From: Alphaproteobacteria bacterium
GTDB taxonomy: Bacteria > Pseudomonadota > Alphaproteobacteria > CACIAM-22H2
Assembly (NCBI GenBank): GCA_016869415.1
Contig: VGEI01000001.1
Span: 1 to 50,076, forward strand
DNA length: 50,076 bases
Direction: 5' to 3'
In this document: positions 1 through 8,510 of the stretch, in pieces
How the letters are laid out: every line of letters starts with the position of its first letter
Position numbering within the stretch: the first letter of the stretch is position 1
Notes under the pieces: model-generated
What the model was told of the DNA's origin: nothing
Database searches by the model: none
Seen by the model: the letters and a program-made list of their open reading frames with translations, nothing else
Position numbers and translations under genes: made by a program

Positions 1-41
1 AGCGCCAGCACGAGCGCGTAGTGGCCGATCTCGGGAATCAT
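1..41 (-). CDS. ccmF: Cytochrome c-type biogenesis protein CcmF, N-terminal 13 codons only (runs off left edge)
   Basis: Reverse complement of 1-41 reads ATG ATT CCC GAG ATC GGC CAC TAC GCG CTC GTG CTG GCG = MIPEIGHYALVLA. This resembles the conserved CcmF N-terminus. It lies downstream of ccmE on the same strand. Confidence 0.45.
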   Translation of the reverse strand, partial: MIPEIGHYALVLA

Positions 42-124
42 CCGCCAGCTTCTCTCATAGTGGACATTCTAGACATAGGGTGCGGGGTCGTCTGGCGGAT
101 CTTGCACGCCGCCCCACTTGCCCC

Positions 125-586
125 CTACTTCCCCTTACCCATGGTCTCGTTCCAGCGGCCGGATTTCTTGAGTGCCTCGGCCACCTCGGGCGGCATGTAG
201 TTCTCGTCGTGCTTGGCCAGGATCTCGCGCGCCCGGAAGGTGCCGTCGGGCAGCAGCCGCCCGTTGGCGATCACCCCCTGACCCTCGCGGAACAGGTCGG
301 GCAGGATGCCGGCATAGACCACGGGAACGGTGCTCTCGATATCGGTGATGCGGAAGCGCACCTCGAGGGACCGGGCGTCGGCGGGCGGGCGCTCGATCGA
401 GCCGATCTCGACCAGCCCGCCGAGGCGGAAATCGCCCTTGGGAAGACCGGCCGCCTTGATAACCTCGGTCGGGCTGCGGAAGAAGGCCACGTTGTCCTTG
501 AGGCCGTAGAGCGTGAGTGCCGTCGCCGTGCCCAGGCCGAGCAGGAACAGGCCGAGGATATAAAGCCGCCGCCGCTTGCGAGTCAT
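125..586 (-). CDS. ccmE: Cytochrome c maturation heme chaperone CcmE
   Basis: 153 aa with an N-terminal membrane anchor (RRRLYILGLFLLGLG). It carries the C-terminal heme-binding motif AKHDENYMPPEV. Its start overlaps the ccmD stop (ATGA). Confidence 0.9.
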   Translation of the reverse strand: MTRKRRRLYILGLFLLGLGTATALTLYGLKDNVAFFRSPTEVIKAAGLPKGDFRLGGLVEIGSIERPPADARSLEVRFRITDIESTVPVVYAGILPDLFREGQGVIANGRLLPDGTFRAREILAKHDENYMPPEVAEALKKSGRWNETMGKGK

Positions 587-753
587 GAGTTCTTCCGCCG
601 CGGGTTTTCGGCCTCGGCGAGCTCGACCTCCGCTTCCAGCGCCTTGAGCGTGCGCCGGCTGACGAGCCAGAGCGCCGCCAGTGTGCCCGCCACGATGATA
701 TAGGCCGGCCAGACATAGGCCGCGTATCCACCCATGGCGAACCAGCTGCTCAT
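583..753 (-). CDS. ccmD: Heme exporter protein CcmD (56 aa, absent from the ORF track because it is under 60 aa)
   Basis: My translation: MSSWFAMGGYAAYVWPAYIIVAGTLAALWLVSRRTLKALEAEVELAEAENPRRKNS. It has a single TM helix. There are ATGA overlaps with the ccmC stop (750-753) and the ccmE start (583-586). It sits in the canonical ccmC-D-E position. Confidence 0.75.
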   Translation of the reverse strand: MSSWFAMGGYAAYVWPAYIIVAGTLAALWLVSRRTLKALEAEVELAEAENPRRKNS

Positions 754-1487
754 GCCGAGACCTCCGCCGCGACGCTACCCTGCGCGAACTGCAGAGCGCG
801 CAGGCGCCGCGCCAGGATCTCGGCGCGCATGCGGACCAAGGTGATGCTGACGAAATAGAAGGTGAAGCCGAAGGCCATAAGCAGCAGCGGCACCAGCATC
901 GAGGAATGAATCGCCGGCGCGTCGAGCCTGGTCAGCGAAGCCGGCTGATGCAAAGTGTTCCACCAGTCGACCGAGAACTTGATGATCGGCACGTTGACCA
1001 CGCCGACCAGGGCCAGCACCGCTGCTGCCTTGCCGCCGCGCGTCGGGTCGTCGAAGGCGTTGGTAAGCGCGATGTAGCCGAGAAAGAGGAAGAACAGGAT
1101 CAGCACCGAGGTCAGGCGCGCGTCCCACACCCACCAGGTGCCCCACATCGGCTGGCCCCAGAGCGAGCCGGTGATCAGGCAGAGCGCGGTAAAGCATGCG
1201 CCGACCGGCGCCATGGCACGGCCGGCGAGTTCGGCCAGCGGATGCTTCCAGACCAGCAGCACGGCACCGGCGATAGCCAGGTTGACGTAGGAGAACAGCG
1301 CCATCCAGGCCGAGGGCACGTGCACGTACATCAGGCGCACGCTCTCGCCCATCTGGTAGTCGCCGGGCGAAGCGACCAGCGCGAACCACAGGCCGGCGGC
1401 CAAGCACAGCACGGTCAGCGCCGCCGTCCAGGGGTAGACGGTGCGCGCGAGACGCTGGAAGCGGCCGGGATTGGCGAAACGTTGCAT
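750..1487 (-). CDS. ccmC: Heme exporter protein CcmC
   Basis: Polytopic membrane protein with the Trp-rich WWD motif WGQPMWGTWWVWDARL. I chose the start at MQRFANPGRF (1487) rather than the ORF-track start at 1529. Confidence 0.88.
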   Translation of the reverse strand: MQRFANPGRFQRLARTVYPWTAALTVLCLAAGLWFALVASPGDYQMGESVRLMYVHVPSAWMALFSYVNLAIAGAVLLVWKHPLAELAGRAMAPVGACFTALCLITGSLWGQPMWGTWWVWDARLTSVLILFFLFLGYIALTNAFDDPTRGGKAAAVLALVGVVNVPIIKFSVDWWNTLHQPASLTRLDAPAIHSSMLVPLLLMAFGFTFYFVSITLVRMRAEILARRLRALQFAQGSVAAEVSA

Positions 1488-1592
1488 CGTGCGATCTACG
1501 ATGTAGTCCCTTCGGCGGGCTATTTCCACGCCTTTGAGGAGGGCCGGGCGACGCTAATAAACCCTTGAGGTGCCTGTTTTATTTCATCCGAC

Positions 1593-1635
1593 CCTGGGGT
1601 CCGGCCGCCGGCGGTTACCCCCAGGTTCGTTTTTC
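1593..1635 (+). terminator. Terminator-like hairpin plus T-tract on the plus strand with no upstream plus-strand gene
   Basis: CCTGGGG (1593-1599) pairs with CCCCAGG (1619-1625). An inner CCG/CGG pairing is possible. The hairpin is followed by TTCGTTTTTC (1626-1635). Confidence 0.3.
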
Positions 1636-1728
1636 ACTTGCTGAAACCGGAGGTTCATTTGAAAGTAGCGTGACTGAAAAATAGCACCCCTGGTGTTCGC
1701 ATGAACGTGGAGGGGTGGAGCCGGGGAA

Positions 1729-2511
1729 ATGCAGCCGATGACCGCCGAGGAGCGGGTTCAGGCAATCGTCGAGCGCGTGCGGCGCGATGGCTTCCAGGCT
1801 ATCGACGTCCTGGCGGAGCATTACGGCGTGACGCCGCAGACCATCCGCCGCGACGTCAACCTGCTCTGCGAGCGCGGGGTGCTGCGCCGCCGCCATGGCG
1901 GGGTCGAATGGCCGGCGGCGAGCGAAAACCTCGCCTACCCCGCCCGCCAGGTGCTCAACATCGAGGCGAAGCGCCGCATCGCGGCGCTGGTGGCACGCGA
2001 GGTGCCGGTGGCATCCTCGCTGTTCTTCGGTATCGGCACCACGCCCGAGGCCTGCGCCCAGGCCTTGGCCGAGCATCAGGGTTTGCGGGTGATGACCAAC
2101 AACCTCAACGTGGCGCTGGCGTTCGGCCGCAACCCAAGCTGCGAGGTGATCATCGCCGGCGGCAAGCTGCGCACACCCGACCACGACGTGATCGGCGGCG
2201 ACGCCATCGGTTTCTTCGACCGCTTCAGTGTCGATATCGGGATTTACGGCGTGGGCGGGGTGGACGAGAGCGGCACGCTGCTCGATTTCACCCACGAGGA
2301 GGTCAGCATACGTCAGTCGCTGACCCAGAACTGCCGCCAGCGCTTCCTCGTGCTCGATCATTCGAAATTCGGCCGCCGGGCCACCGTGCGCGGCGGGCAT
2401 ATCAGCGAGGCCAGCGCCGTGTTCGCCGACCGGCCGCCTCCACCCGGCATCGCCAACCGTCTTGCCGCCGACGGTGTTCGCGTCGTTATCGCCAACAGCT
2501 CAGACCACTAA
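1729..2511 (+). CDS. DeoR/GlpR-family transcriptional regulator
   Basis: 260 aa. N-terminal HTH (HYGVTPQTIRRDVNLLCERGVLRRRHGG) and a C-terminal sugar-phosphate-sensor-like domain. GGAGG-like RBS upstream. Confidence 0.85.
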   Translation: MQPMTAEERVQAIVERVRRDGFQAIDVLAEHYGVTPQTIRRDVNLLCERGVLRRRHGGVEWPAASENLAYPARQVLNIEAKRRIAALVAREVPVASSLFFGIGTTPEACAQALAEHQGLRVMTNNLNVALAFGRNPSCEVIIAGGKLRTPDHDVIGGDAIGFFDRFSVDIGIYGVGGVDESGTLLDFTHEEVSIRQSLTQNCRQRFLVLDHSKFGRRATVRGGHISEASAVFADRPPPPGIANRLAADGVRVVIANSSDH

Positions 2512-2535
2512 GGCCAGGAGAGAAGGAGAGGACCC

Positions 2536-3543
2536 ATGTTGAAACGCGCCTTGTTTGCCGCCGCACTTGCGCTGGCGGCCTTCAGCACCGCAGACGCCTC
2601 GGCCCAGAGCCGTGCCATCTGCTACAACTGCCCGCCGGAATGGGCCGACTGGGGCTCGCAGCTGCGCGCCATCCAGCAGCGGCTCAACATCCAGGTGCCG
2701 CCGGACAACAAGAACTCGGGCCAGGCCATTGCTGCACTGATCGCCGAGAAGAACAACCCGGTTGCCGACGTAACCTATCTCGGCGGTATTGCCGCCGACC
2801 CCGCCAAGGACGCCGGCATTCTGACGCCTTACAAGCCGGTGGGCTGGGACAAGATCCCCGCCGACCTCAAGGACCCGGACGGCAACTGGTTCACCATCCA
2901 TTCGGGCACGCTCGGCCTGTTCGTCAACAAGCAGGCGCTGGGCAACAAGCCCGTACCCCAGAGCTGGGCCGATCTGCTCAAGCCCGAATACAAGGGCCTC
3001 GTCGGCTATCTCGACCCGACCTCGGCCGCCGTCGGCCAGCTCGGTGTCATGGCCATCAACCTGGCGCTGGGCGGCACGTACGAGAACCTCGACAAGTCGA
3101 TCCAGTATTTCAAGGCGCTGGCCAAGAACGATCCGATCGTGCCCAAGCAGACCTCATATGCCCGCGTCATCTCGGGTGAGATCCCGATCCTGCTCGACTA
3201 CGATTTCAACGCCTATCGCGGCCAGTACACCGACAAGGCGCCGGTGCAGTTCGTCATCCCGCGTGAGGGCACGGTGGTCTTCCCCTACGTCATGGCGCTG
3301 GTCAACAAGGGGCCGAACGCCGCGAACGGCAAGAAGGTGCTCGACTTCGTGCTTTCCGATGAAAGCCAGGCGATGTGGGGCAATGCCTACCTGCGGCCGG
3401 TCTTTGCCGACCGTCTGTCGGCCGACGCCAAGGCGAAGTTCCTGCCGGACAGCGAATACGCCCGCGCCAAGCCGATCGACCTCAAGAAGCTGGCGGCGGC
3501 GCAGAAGAGCATCATCGACCGCTATCGTAACGAAGTGAACTGA
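2536..3543 (+). CDS. ABC transporter periplasmic substrate-binding protein (PotD/Fe3+-type family 1 SBP)
   Basis: 335 aa. Signal peptide MLKRALFAAALALAAFSTADASAQ. Followed by two permeases and an ATPase. Confidence 0.85.
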   Translation: MLKRALFAAALALAAFSTADASAQSRAICYNCPPEWADWGSQLRAIQQRLNIQVPPDNKNSGQAIAALIAEKNNPVADVTYLGGIAADPAKDAGILTPYKPVGWDKIPADLKDPDGNWFTIHSGTLGLFVNKQALGNKPVPQSWADLLKPEYKGLVGYLDPTSAAVGQLGVMAINLALGGTYENLDKSIQYFKALAKNDPIVPKQTSYARVISGEIPILLDYDFNAYRGQYTDKAPVQFVIPREGTVVFPYVMALVNKGPNAANGKKVLDFVLSDESQAMWGNAYLRPVFADRLSADAKAKFLPDSEYARAKPIDLKKLAAAQKSIIDRYRNEVN

Positions 3544-3550
3544 CACTGGC

Positions 3551-3576
3551 GGGGCGGCGCCGCAAGACGCCGCCCC
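3551..3576 (+). promoter_or_regulatory. GC-rich hairpin directly after the SBP gene (possible attenuator or mRNA stabiliser)
   Basis: GGGGCGGCG (3551-3559) pairs with CGCCGCCCC (3568-3576) around an 8-nt loop. Only a weak CTTTG tail follows. Confidence 0.4.
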
Positions 3577-3585
3577 CTTTGCCCG

Positions 3586-4404
3586 ATGAATCGCGACGGT
3601 CACCGCCTGACGCTGCTGCTTCTGCCGGCAGGCATCTTCTTCGGTGCTTTCTTCCTGCTGCCGCTGGCCCAGCTCTTCCATATCGGCCTGACCGGCAAGG
3701 AAGGTTGGGGCGCCTATACCGCGATCCTCACCGACCGGAATTACTTCTCCAGCCTGCTCTCGACCCTCGGCCTCGCCGCCATCACCACCGTGGTGACGCT
3801 CATGGTCAGCGGCCTCGCTGGCGTCTTCCTGCAGCGCAACCGCTTCCCCGGCAATGGCGCGCTGGTCGCCATGCTGACCTTCCCGCTGGCCTTTCCCGGC
3901 GTGGTCATCGGCTTCATGGTCATCATGCTGGCCGGCCGCCAGGGCCTGATCGGCGACATCAGCCGCTTCCTGACCGGCGACAAGATCGTCTTCGCCTACT
4001 CGATGGCCGGTCTGTTCATGGGCTACGTCTATTTCTCCATCCCGCGCACCATCCTCACGGTGATGGCGGCGGCCGAGAAGCTCGACCCCAAGCTGGAGGA
4101 AGCGGCCCGCTCGCTCGGCGCCTCGACCTGGCATGTGGTGGTGGACGTCATCATCCCGGGCCTGAAGCCTGCCTTCATCTCCGCCGGCGCCATCTGCTTC
4201 GCCACGGCAATGGGTGCCTTCGGCACGGCGTTCACGCTTGCCACGCGCATCAACGTGCTGCCGATGGTCATCTATACGGAGTTCACGCTCGAGGCGAACA
4301 TCGCCATGGCCGCGGCGCTGAGCTTCGTGCTGGGTGCTGTCACCTGGGTGGTGCTGGCCGTGGCGCGCACGGCCGCCGGCAGCACCGTCGCGGCGGCAGG
4401 CTAG
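3586..4404 (+). CDS. ABC transporter permease
   Basis: 272 aa polytopic protein with an EAA-like loop (EEAARSLGASTWHVVVDVIIPGLKP). Confidence 0.85.
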   Translation: MNRDGHRLTLLLLPAGIFFGAFFLLPLAQLFHIGLTGKEGWGAYTAILTDRNYFSSLLSTLGLAAITTVVTLMVSGLAGVFLQRNRFPGNGALVAMLTFPLAFPGVVIGFMVIMLAGRQGLIGDISRFLTGDKIVFAYSMAGLFMGYVYFSIPRTILTVMAAAEKLDPKLEEAARSLGASTWHVVVDVIIPGLKPAFISAGAICFATAMGAFGTAFTLATRINVLPMVIYTEFTLEANIAMAAALSFVLGAVTWVVLAVARTAAGSTVAAAG

Positions 4405-4406
4405 AT

Positions 4407-5210
4407 ATGAAACGCGGGCCCGCCTTTTACGCGCAGCTCGGCTTCACGCTCTTCGTTTGCGCCTTCCTCATCGCGCCGGTGATCCTGTCGATTCTGGCGG
4501 GTGTGACCGTGAACTACCAGAGCGGCGTCCAGAGCGGGTTCACCCTGCGCTGGGTCTACGCAGTCTGGGACGGTTATCGCGACACGATCTTCCTGTCGAT
4601 CGGCATCTCCCTGGCCTGCCTTGCGGGCACGCTGATTCTCGGTATCCCGGCCGCCTACGCCCTGGCCAAGCGGCAGAACGCCTTCAGCCGGGCGCTGGAA
4701 GAGCTGCTGGTCATGCCGGTGGCCGTGCCTGGCCTGGCCACCGCGCTGGCACTGATCGTCACCTACGGCGGGGTCGGCGGCTTCCGCACCTCCTGGGTGT
4801 TCATCCTGGTCGGCCATATCCTGTTCACTCTTCCCTTCATGGTGCGCTCGGTGCTGGCGGTACTCAGCGCCATCGACCTCAAGACGCTGGAGGAAGGTGC
4901 CGCCAGCCTCGGTGCCACCTTCTGGCAGCGCTTCTTCCATGTCGTGCTGCCCAATTGCCGTGGCGGCATCCTCGCCGGCTCGCTGATGGTCGTTACCCTG
5001 TCGATGGGTGAGTTCAACATGACCTGGCTGCTGCATACGCCGCTGACCAAGACCTTGCCGGTCGGCCTGGCCGACGCCTACGCCTCCCTGCGCCTGGAGA
5101 TCGGCAGCGCCTACACCCTGGTTTTCTTCCTGATGATCGTGCCGCTGCTCGTCGCCCTGCAGTGGCTGGGTCAGGCCCGCCCCACCAAGTTCGTCGCCGA
5201 AGACGAGTAA
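4407..5210 (+). CDS. ABC transporter permease
   Basis: Starts at MKRGPAFYAQLGF (ATG 4407), 2 nt after the previous stop. EAA-like loop EEGAASLGATFWQRFFHVVLP. The 543-aa track ORF is an upstream shadow extension. Confidence 0.85.
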   Translation: MKRGPAFYAQLGFTLFVCAFLIAPVILSILAGVTVNYQSGVQSGFTLRWVYAVWDGYRDTIFLSIGISLACLAGTLILGIPAAYALAKRQNAFSRALEELLVMPVAVPGLATALALIVTYGGVGGFRTSWVFILVGHILFTLPFMVRSVLAVLSAIDLKTLEEGAASLGATFWQRFFHVVLPNCRGGILAGSLMVVTLSMGEFNMTWLLHTPLTKTLPVGLADAYASLRLEIGSAYTLVFFLMIVPLLVALQWLGQARPTKFVAEDE

Positions 5211-5215
5211 CCGAT

Positions 5216-6259
5216 ATGACCGAAACCATGAAACCGCTGGCCATCACGCTCACGGGCTGCGCCAAGACTTTCGCCGACGGCACGAAGGCGCTGGAGCCGC
5301 TCGACCTCGCCATCAACGCCGGCGAGACCGTGGTGCTGCTGGGGCCGTCCGGCTGCGGCAAGACCACGACCCTGCGCATCATCGCCGGCTTGGAGCAGCC
5401 GGATGCCGGCGGGAAGGTCATGTTCGACGGCGAGGGTGTGACGCCGCTGTCGATCGAGAAGCGCAATGTGGGCATGGTGTTCCAGTCCTACGCCTTGTTT
5501 CCCAACATGAGCGTGGCCGAGAACATCGGCTACGGCCTGCGGCTGCGCAAAACCCCGACCGAGGCCTTGCGCGCCCGGGTGGGTGAAATGCTTGCAATGA
5601 TGCGCATCGAGAAGCTGGCTGACCGGCGCATCGACCAGCTCTCCGGCGGCCAGCGTCAGCGCGTCGCCCTAGCCCGCGCCCTGGCCGTGCGGCCACGCGC
5701 CCTGCTGCTGGATGAACCGCTGACGGCGCTCGACGCCAAGCTGCGCGACGCGCTGCGCATCGAGATCGACGAACTGCTGCGCCGCCTCGGCATCACCGCG
5801 GTCTATGTGACCCACGACCAGGCCGAGGCCATGGCGCTGGGCGACCGCATCGTGGTCATGGAGCACGGCAAGGTGGCTCAGATCGGCACGCCGCGCGACA
5901 TCTACCAGCGGCCGGCGACACTGTTCGTCGCCGACTTCATCGGCACCATGAACCGGGTACAGGGAAGGGTGGCCAATGGCGGCTTTGTCACCGCCGCGGG
6001 GACTATTCCCTGGGCCGGTGCACCGGCGCACATCACCGAGGCGATGTTCCGGCCACAGGACATCAGCCTGGCCGAAGGCGGGGATGCCCATCTCCGGGGC
6101 ACCATCGCCGCCGCCTTCTTCCTCGGCGACCGGACGCGCCTGGCGGTCAATGTCGGCGGTGAGAAGCCGCTGATCCTCGAGACCGGCACGCGGCGCGATT
6201 TCAAGCACGGCGAGACGGTGGGCCTGCGCATCGACCCGCACGGCCTGCTATCACTCTAG
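5216..6259 (+). CDS. ABC transporter ATP-binding protein (PotA/FbpC-like, with a C-terminal TOBE-like domain)
   Basis: Walker A GPSGCGKTT, signature LSGGQRQRVALARAL, Walker B LLLDEPL. Start taken at MTETMKPLAI. Confidence 0.9.
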   Translation: MTETMKPLAITLTGCAKTFADGTKALEPLDLAINAGETVVLLGPSGCGKTTTLRIIAGLEQPDAGGKVMFDGEGVTPLSIEKRNVGMVFQSYALFPNMSVAENIGYGLRLRKTPTEALRARVGEMLAMMRIEKLADRRIDQLSGGQRQRVALARALAVRPRALLLDEPLTALDAKLRDALRIEIDELLRRLGITAVYVTHDQAEAMALGDRIVVMEHGKVAQIGTPRDIYQRPATLFVADFIGTMNRVQGRVANGGFVTAAGTIPWAGAPAHITEAMFRPQDISLAEGGDAHLRGTIAAAFFLGDRTRLAVNVGGEKPLILETGTRRDFKHGETVGLRIDPHGLLSL

Positions 6260-6271
6260 AGAACCGTTGCG

Positions 6272-7087
6272 ATGCTCATCCTTCAGATCACCGATACGCA
6301 TATCAAGCTGCCGGGCAAGCTGGCCTATAAACGCGTCGACACCGCTGCCATGCTGCGCGCCTGTGTGTCCGAGGTGGCGAAGCTCGACCCCAAACCGGAT
6401 GTCATCGCGCTGACCGGCGATCTGGTCGATCTCGGCAGGCCGGACGAGTATGCGCATCTCAAGAGCATTCTGGCGCCGCTCAAGGCGCCGATCTACGCCA
6501 TCCCCGGCAATCACGACGACCGCGACGCCATGCGCCAGGCTTTCCGTGAGGATGGCTATCTGCCGGCAAGCGGCTTCCTCAACTACGCCGTCGACAGATG
6601 GCCGCTGCGCTTAATCGGTCTCGACACAGTCATCCCGATGCAGGGCGGTGGCGAGCTCGATGACGAGCGCCTCGCCTGGCTCGATGCAACCCTGGGACAA
6701 AAGCCGTCAGCGCCGACAGTGGTGATGATGCATCACCCGCCGTTTCCAACAGCCATCGCCCACATGGACCGGATCGGCCTCAAGGGCCGCGAGGGCTTCG
6801 CCGCCGTGATGGCGAAGCATCCGCAGGTGCAAGCCGTCCTCTGCGGTCATCTGCACCGCACCATCCAGGCGGTGGTCGGCGGGCGACGCGCCACAACCTG
6901 TCCCAGCCCGGCGCATCAGGTGGCGCTCGATCTGCGCCCGGACGGACCCAGCGCCTTCCGCATGGAACCACCCGGCTACATGCTGCATCTCTGGCGCGAC
7001 GGCGCGCTGATCAGCCACACGGCGGTTCTCGGCGAGTACGCTGGGCCGTTTCCCTTCTTCGATCCCAGCGGGCAGCTGATTGACTGA
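6272..7087 (+). CDS. Calcineurin-like metallophosphoesterase (GpdQ/CpdA-type phosphodiesterase)
   Basis: Intact motifs: ITDTH, TGDLVDLG, PGNHDD, MMHHPP, CGHLH. Last gene of the plus-strand operon. Confidence 0.8.
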   Translation: MLILQITDTHIKLPGKLAYKRVDTAAMLRACVSEVAKLDPKPDVIALTGDLVDLGRPDEYAHLKSILAPLKAPIYAIPGNHDDRDAMRQAFREDGYLPASGFLNYAVDRWPLRLIGLDTVIPMQGGGELDDERLAWLDATLGQKPSAPTVVMMHHPPFPTAIAHMDRIGLKGREGFAAVMAKHPQVQAVLCGHLHRTIQAVVGGRRATTCPSPAHQVALDLRPDGPSAFRMEPPGYMLHLWRDGALISHTAVLGEYAGPFPFFDPSGQLID

Positions 7088-7088
7088 A

Positions 7089-7754
7089 TTACTGCTGCGC
7101 CTGGCGAATGGCTGCCGCAGCGGCCACCGGCGCGACCGGCAGGAAGAGCGCCAGCAGGCCACCGAGCAGCAGCAAGTGGGGCTGGGCCGGCAGCCCCTGT
7201 GCCGCCGCGTCGACGGCGGCCACACCGAAGATCAGCACCGGGATATAAAGGGGCAGGACGAGCAGGCCGATCAGCACGCCGGCCTTGCGCGAGCCGAGCG
7301 TCAGCGCCGCACCGATGGCGCCGATCAGGCTGAGGGTCGGTGTGCCCAGCAGCAGCGAGCTCAGCAGCGCCGGAAACGCCTCAACAGGCATGTGCAGGCT
7401 GAGCGCGAGAACGGGCGAGATGACGATCAGCGGCACGGCGCTGATCAACCAGTGGGCCAGGACTTTGCTCAGCACCAGGAATTCGAGCGCCACTGGCGAT
7501 AGGGCGAAAAGATCGAGGCTGCCGTCCTCGGCGTCGTCGCGGAACAGGCGGTCGAGGGAGAGCAGACAGGCGAGCAGGGCCATCACCCAGACGACGCCGA
7601 CTGAAATGCGCTGCAGCGTCTCGATCTCCGGTCCGATGCCCAATGGAAACAGCACCACCGTCAGCACGAAGAACAGCACGACATTGAGGCTGTCGCCTGG
7701 TGCGCGCCAGGCCAGACGCAGGTCACGCAGCAGCACGGCGAGCACGGCGTTCAT
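7089..7754 (-). CDS. ccmB: Heme exporter protein CcmB
   Basis: 221 aa polytopic membrane protein. Its start overlaps the ccmA stop. CcmB-like N-terminus MNAVLAVLLRDLRLAWR. Confidence 0.88.
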   Translation of the reverse strand: MNAVLAVLLRDLRLAWRAPGDSLNVVLFFVLTVVLFPLGIGPEIETLQRISVGVVWVMALLACLLSLDRLFRDDAEDGSLDLFALSPVALEFLVLSKVLAHWLISAVPLIVISPVLALSLHMPVEAFPALLSSLLLGTPTLSLIGAIGAALTLGSRKAGVLIGLLVLPLYIPVLIFGVAAVDAAAQGLPAQPHLLLLGGLLALFLPVAPVAAAAAIRQAQQ

Positions 7755-8401
7755 GCCGCCATCCCCGCGTTGCGCGCCGTGCCCAACTCCAGCGTGGTGT
7801 GCGGCCCGAGATCGAGGCCGCCATGCGTGGCGACGATGACGATGCCACCCTGCGAGCGGTGGGTGTCGATGAGGTCGGCGAGGCGCACCAGGGCGTCTGC
7901 GTCGAGGCCGAGGGTCGGCTCGTCGAGCAGCCAGAGCCGTGCGCTGGTGGCGCGCAGGCGGGCGAGGGCGGCGCGCCGCCTTTGTCCCTGTGACAGAAAC
8001 CGCCCCGGCAGATCGGCGAGGCCGGCGATGCCCAGGGCGTCCAACGCCGTCTTGAGGGCCGTAGCACCCGGCATCTCGCCGCGCAGCTGGGCATGAAAGG
8101 CGAGGCTTTCGAGCGGCGTGAGTGCCGGCTTCACCGCGTCGAGATGGCCGAGATAGTGCAGCCGGGCGCGGTGGGCGTCCGGCTCGTCGCCGACCGGCGC
8201 GCCGTTCCAGGTGAGTTTTCCGTCGGAAGCCGGCAGCAGCCCGGCGAGCAGGCGCAGCAGGCTCGACTTGCCCGCCCCGTTCGGCCCGACCAGGGCCAGC
8301 GCATCGCCGTTGGACAGAGTGAATCGGAGCTTGCTGAATACAAACCGCTCACCCCGGATGCAGGCGAGGTCGGCGGCGACGAACTGGTCGGGATCGGCCA
8401 T
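7751..8401 (-). CDS. ccmA: Cytochrome c biogenesis heme ABC exporter ATPase CcmA
   Basis: Walker A GPNGAGKSSLLR, signature LSQGQRRR, Walker B LWLLDEP. About 216 aa, directly upstream of ccmB. Confidence 0.85.
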   Translation of the reverse strand: MADPDQFVAADLACIRGERFVFSKLRFTLSNGDALALVGPNGAGKSSLLRLLAGLLPASDGKLTWNGAPVGDEPDAHRARLHYLGHLDAVKPALTPLESLAFHAQLRGEMPGATALKTALDALGIAGLADLPGRFLSQGQRRRAALARLRATSARLWLLDEPTLGLDADALVRLADLIDTHRSQGGIVIVATHGGLDLGPHTTLELGTARNAGMAA

Positions 8402-8445
8402 ACGCTATTGACACGAAGCCGGGGCCTTGCGTCCACTATCATTTC

Positions 8446-8489
8446 CCCCCGCGCACGTAGCCGCCACACCAACCCTACGTGCGCGGGGG
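8446..8489. repeat. 15-bp perfect GC-rich inverted repeat with a 14-nt loop
   Basis: CCCCCGCGCACGTAG (8446-8460) and CTACGTGCGCGGGGG (8475-8489). It lies 22 nt upstream of the ATG at 8511 in the ccmA/nitrilase divergent intergenic region. There is no T-tract on either side. Confidence 0.8.
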
Positions 8490-8510
8490 CCCCTGTCTTG
8501 AGGCACACGC

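Noticed and set aside
1701-3179. 492-aa Arg/Pro/Gly-rich ORF on the plus strand
   Set aside because: It is an out-of-frame overlap of the DeoR and SBP genes, both of which have clear family features. Its composition is non-protein-like.
3579-4406. N-terminal 276 aa of the 543-aa track ORF 3579-5210
   Set aside because: This part overlaps the first permease gene out of frame and is Arg/Pro-rich. The credible permease starts at ATG 4407 (MKRGPAFYAQLGF).
8407-8440. TTGACA ... CACTAT as a sigma-70 promoter for the nitrilase-family gene
   Set aside because: The spacing between the hexamers is about 20-21 nt, too long for a canonical promoter. It is not reported as a feature.
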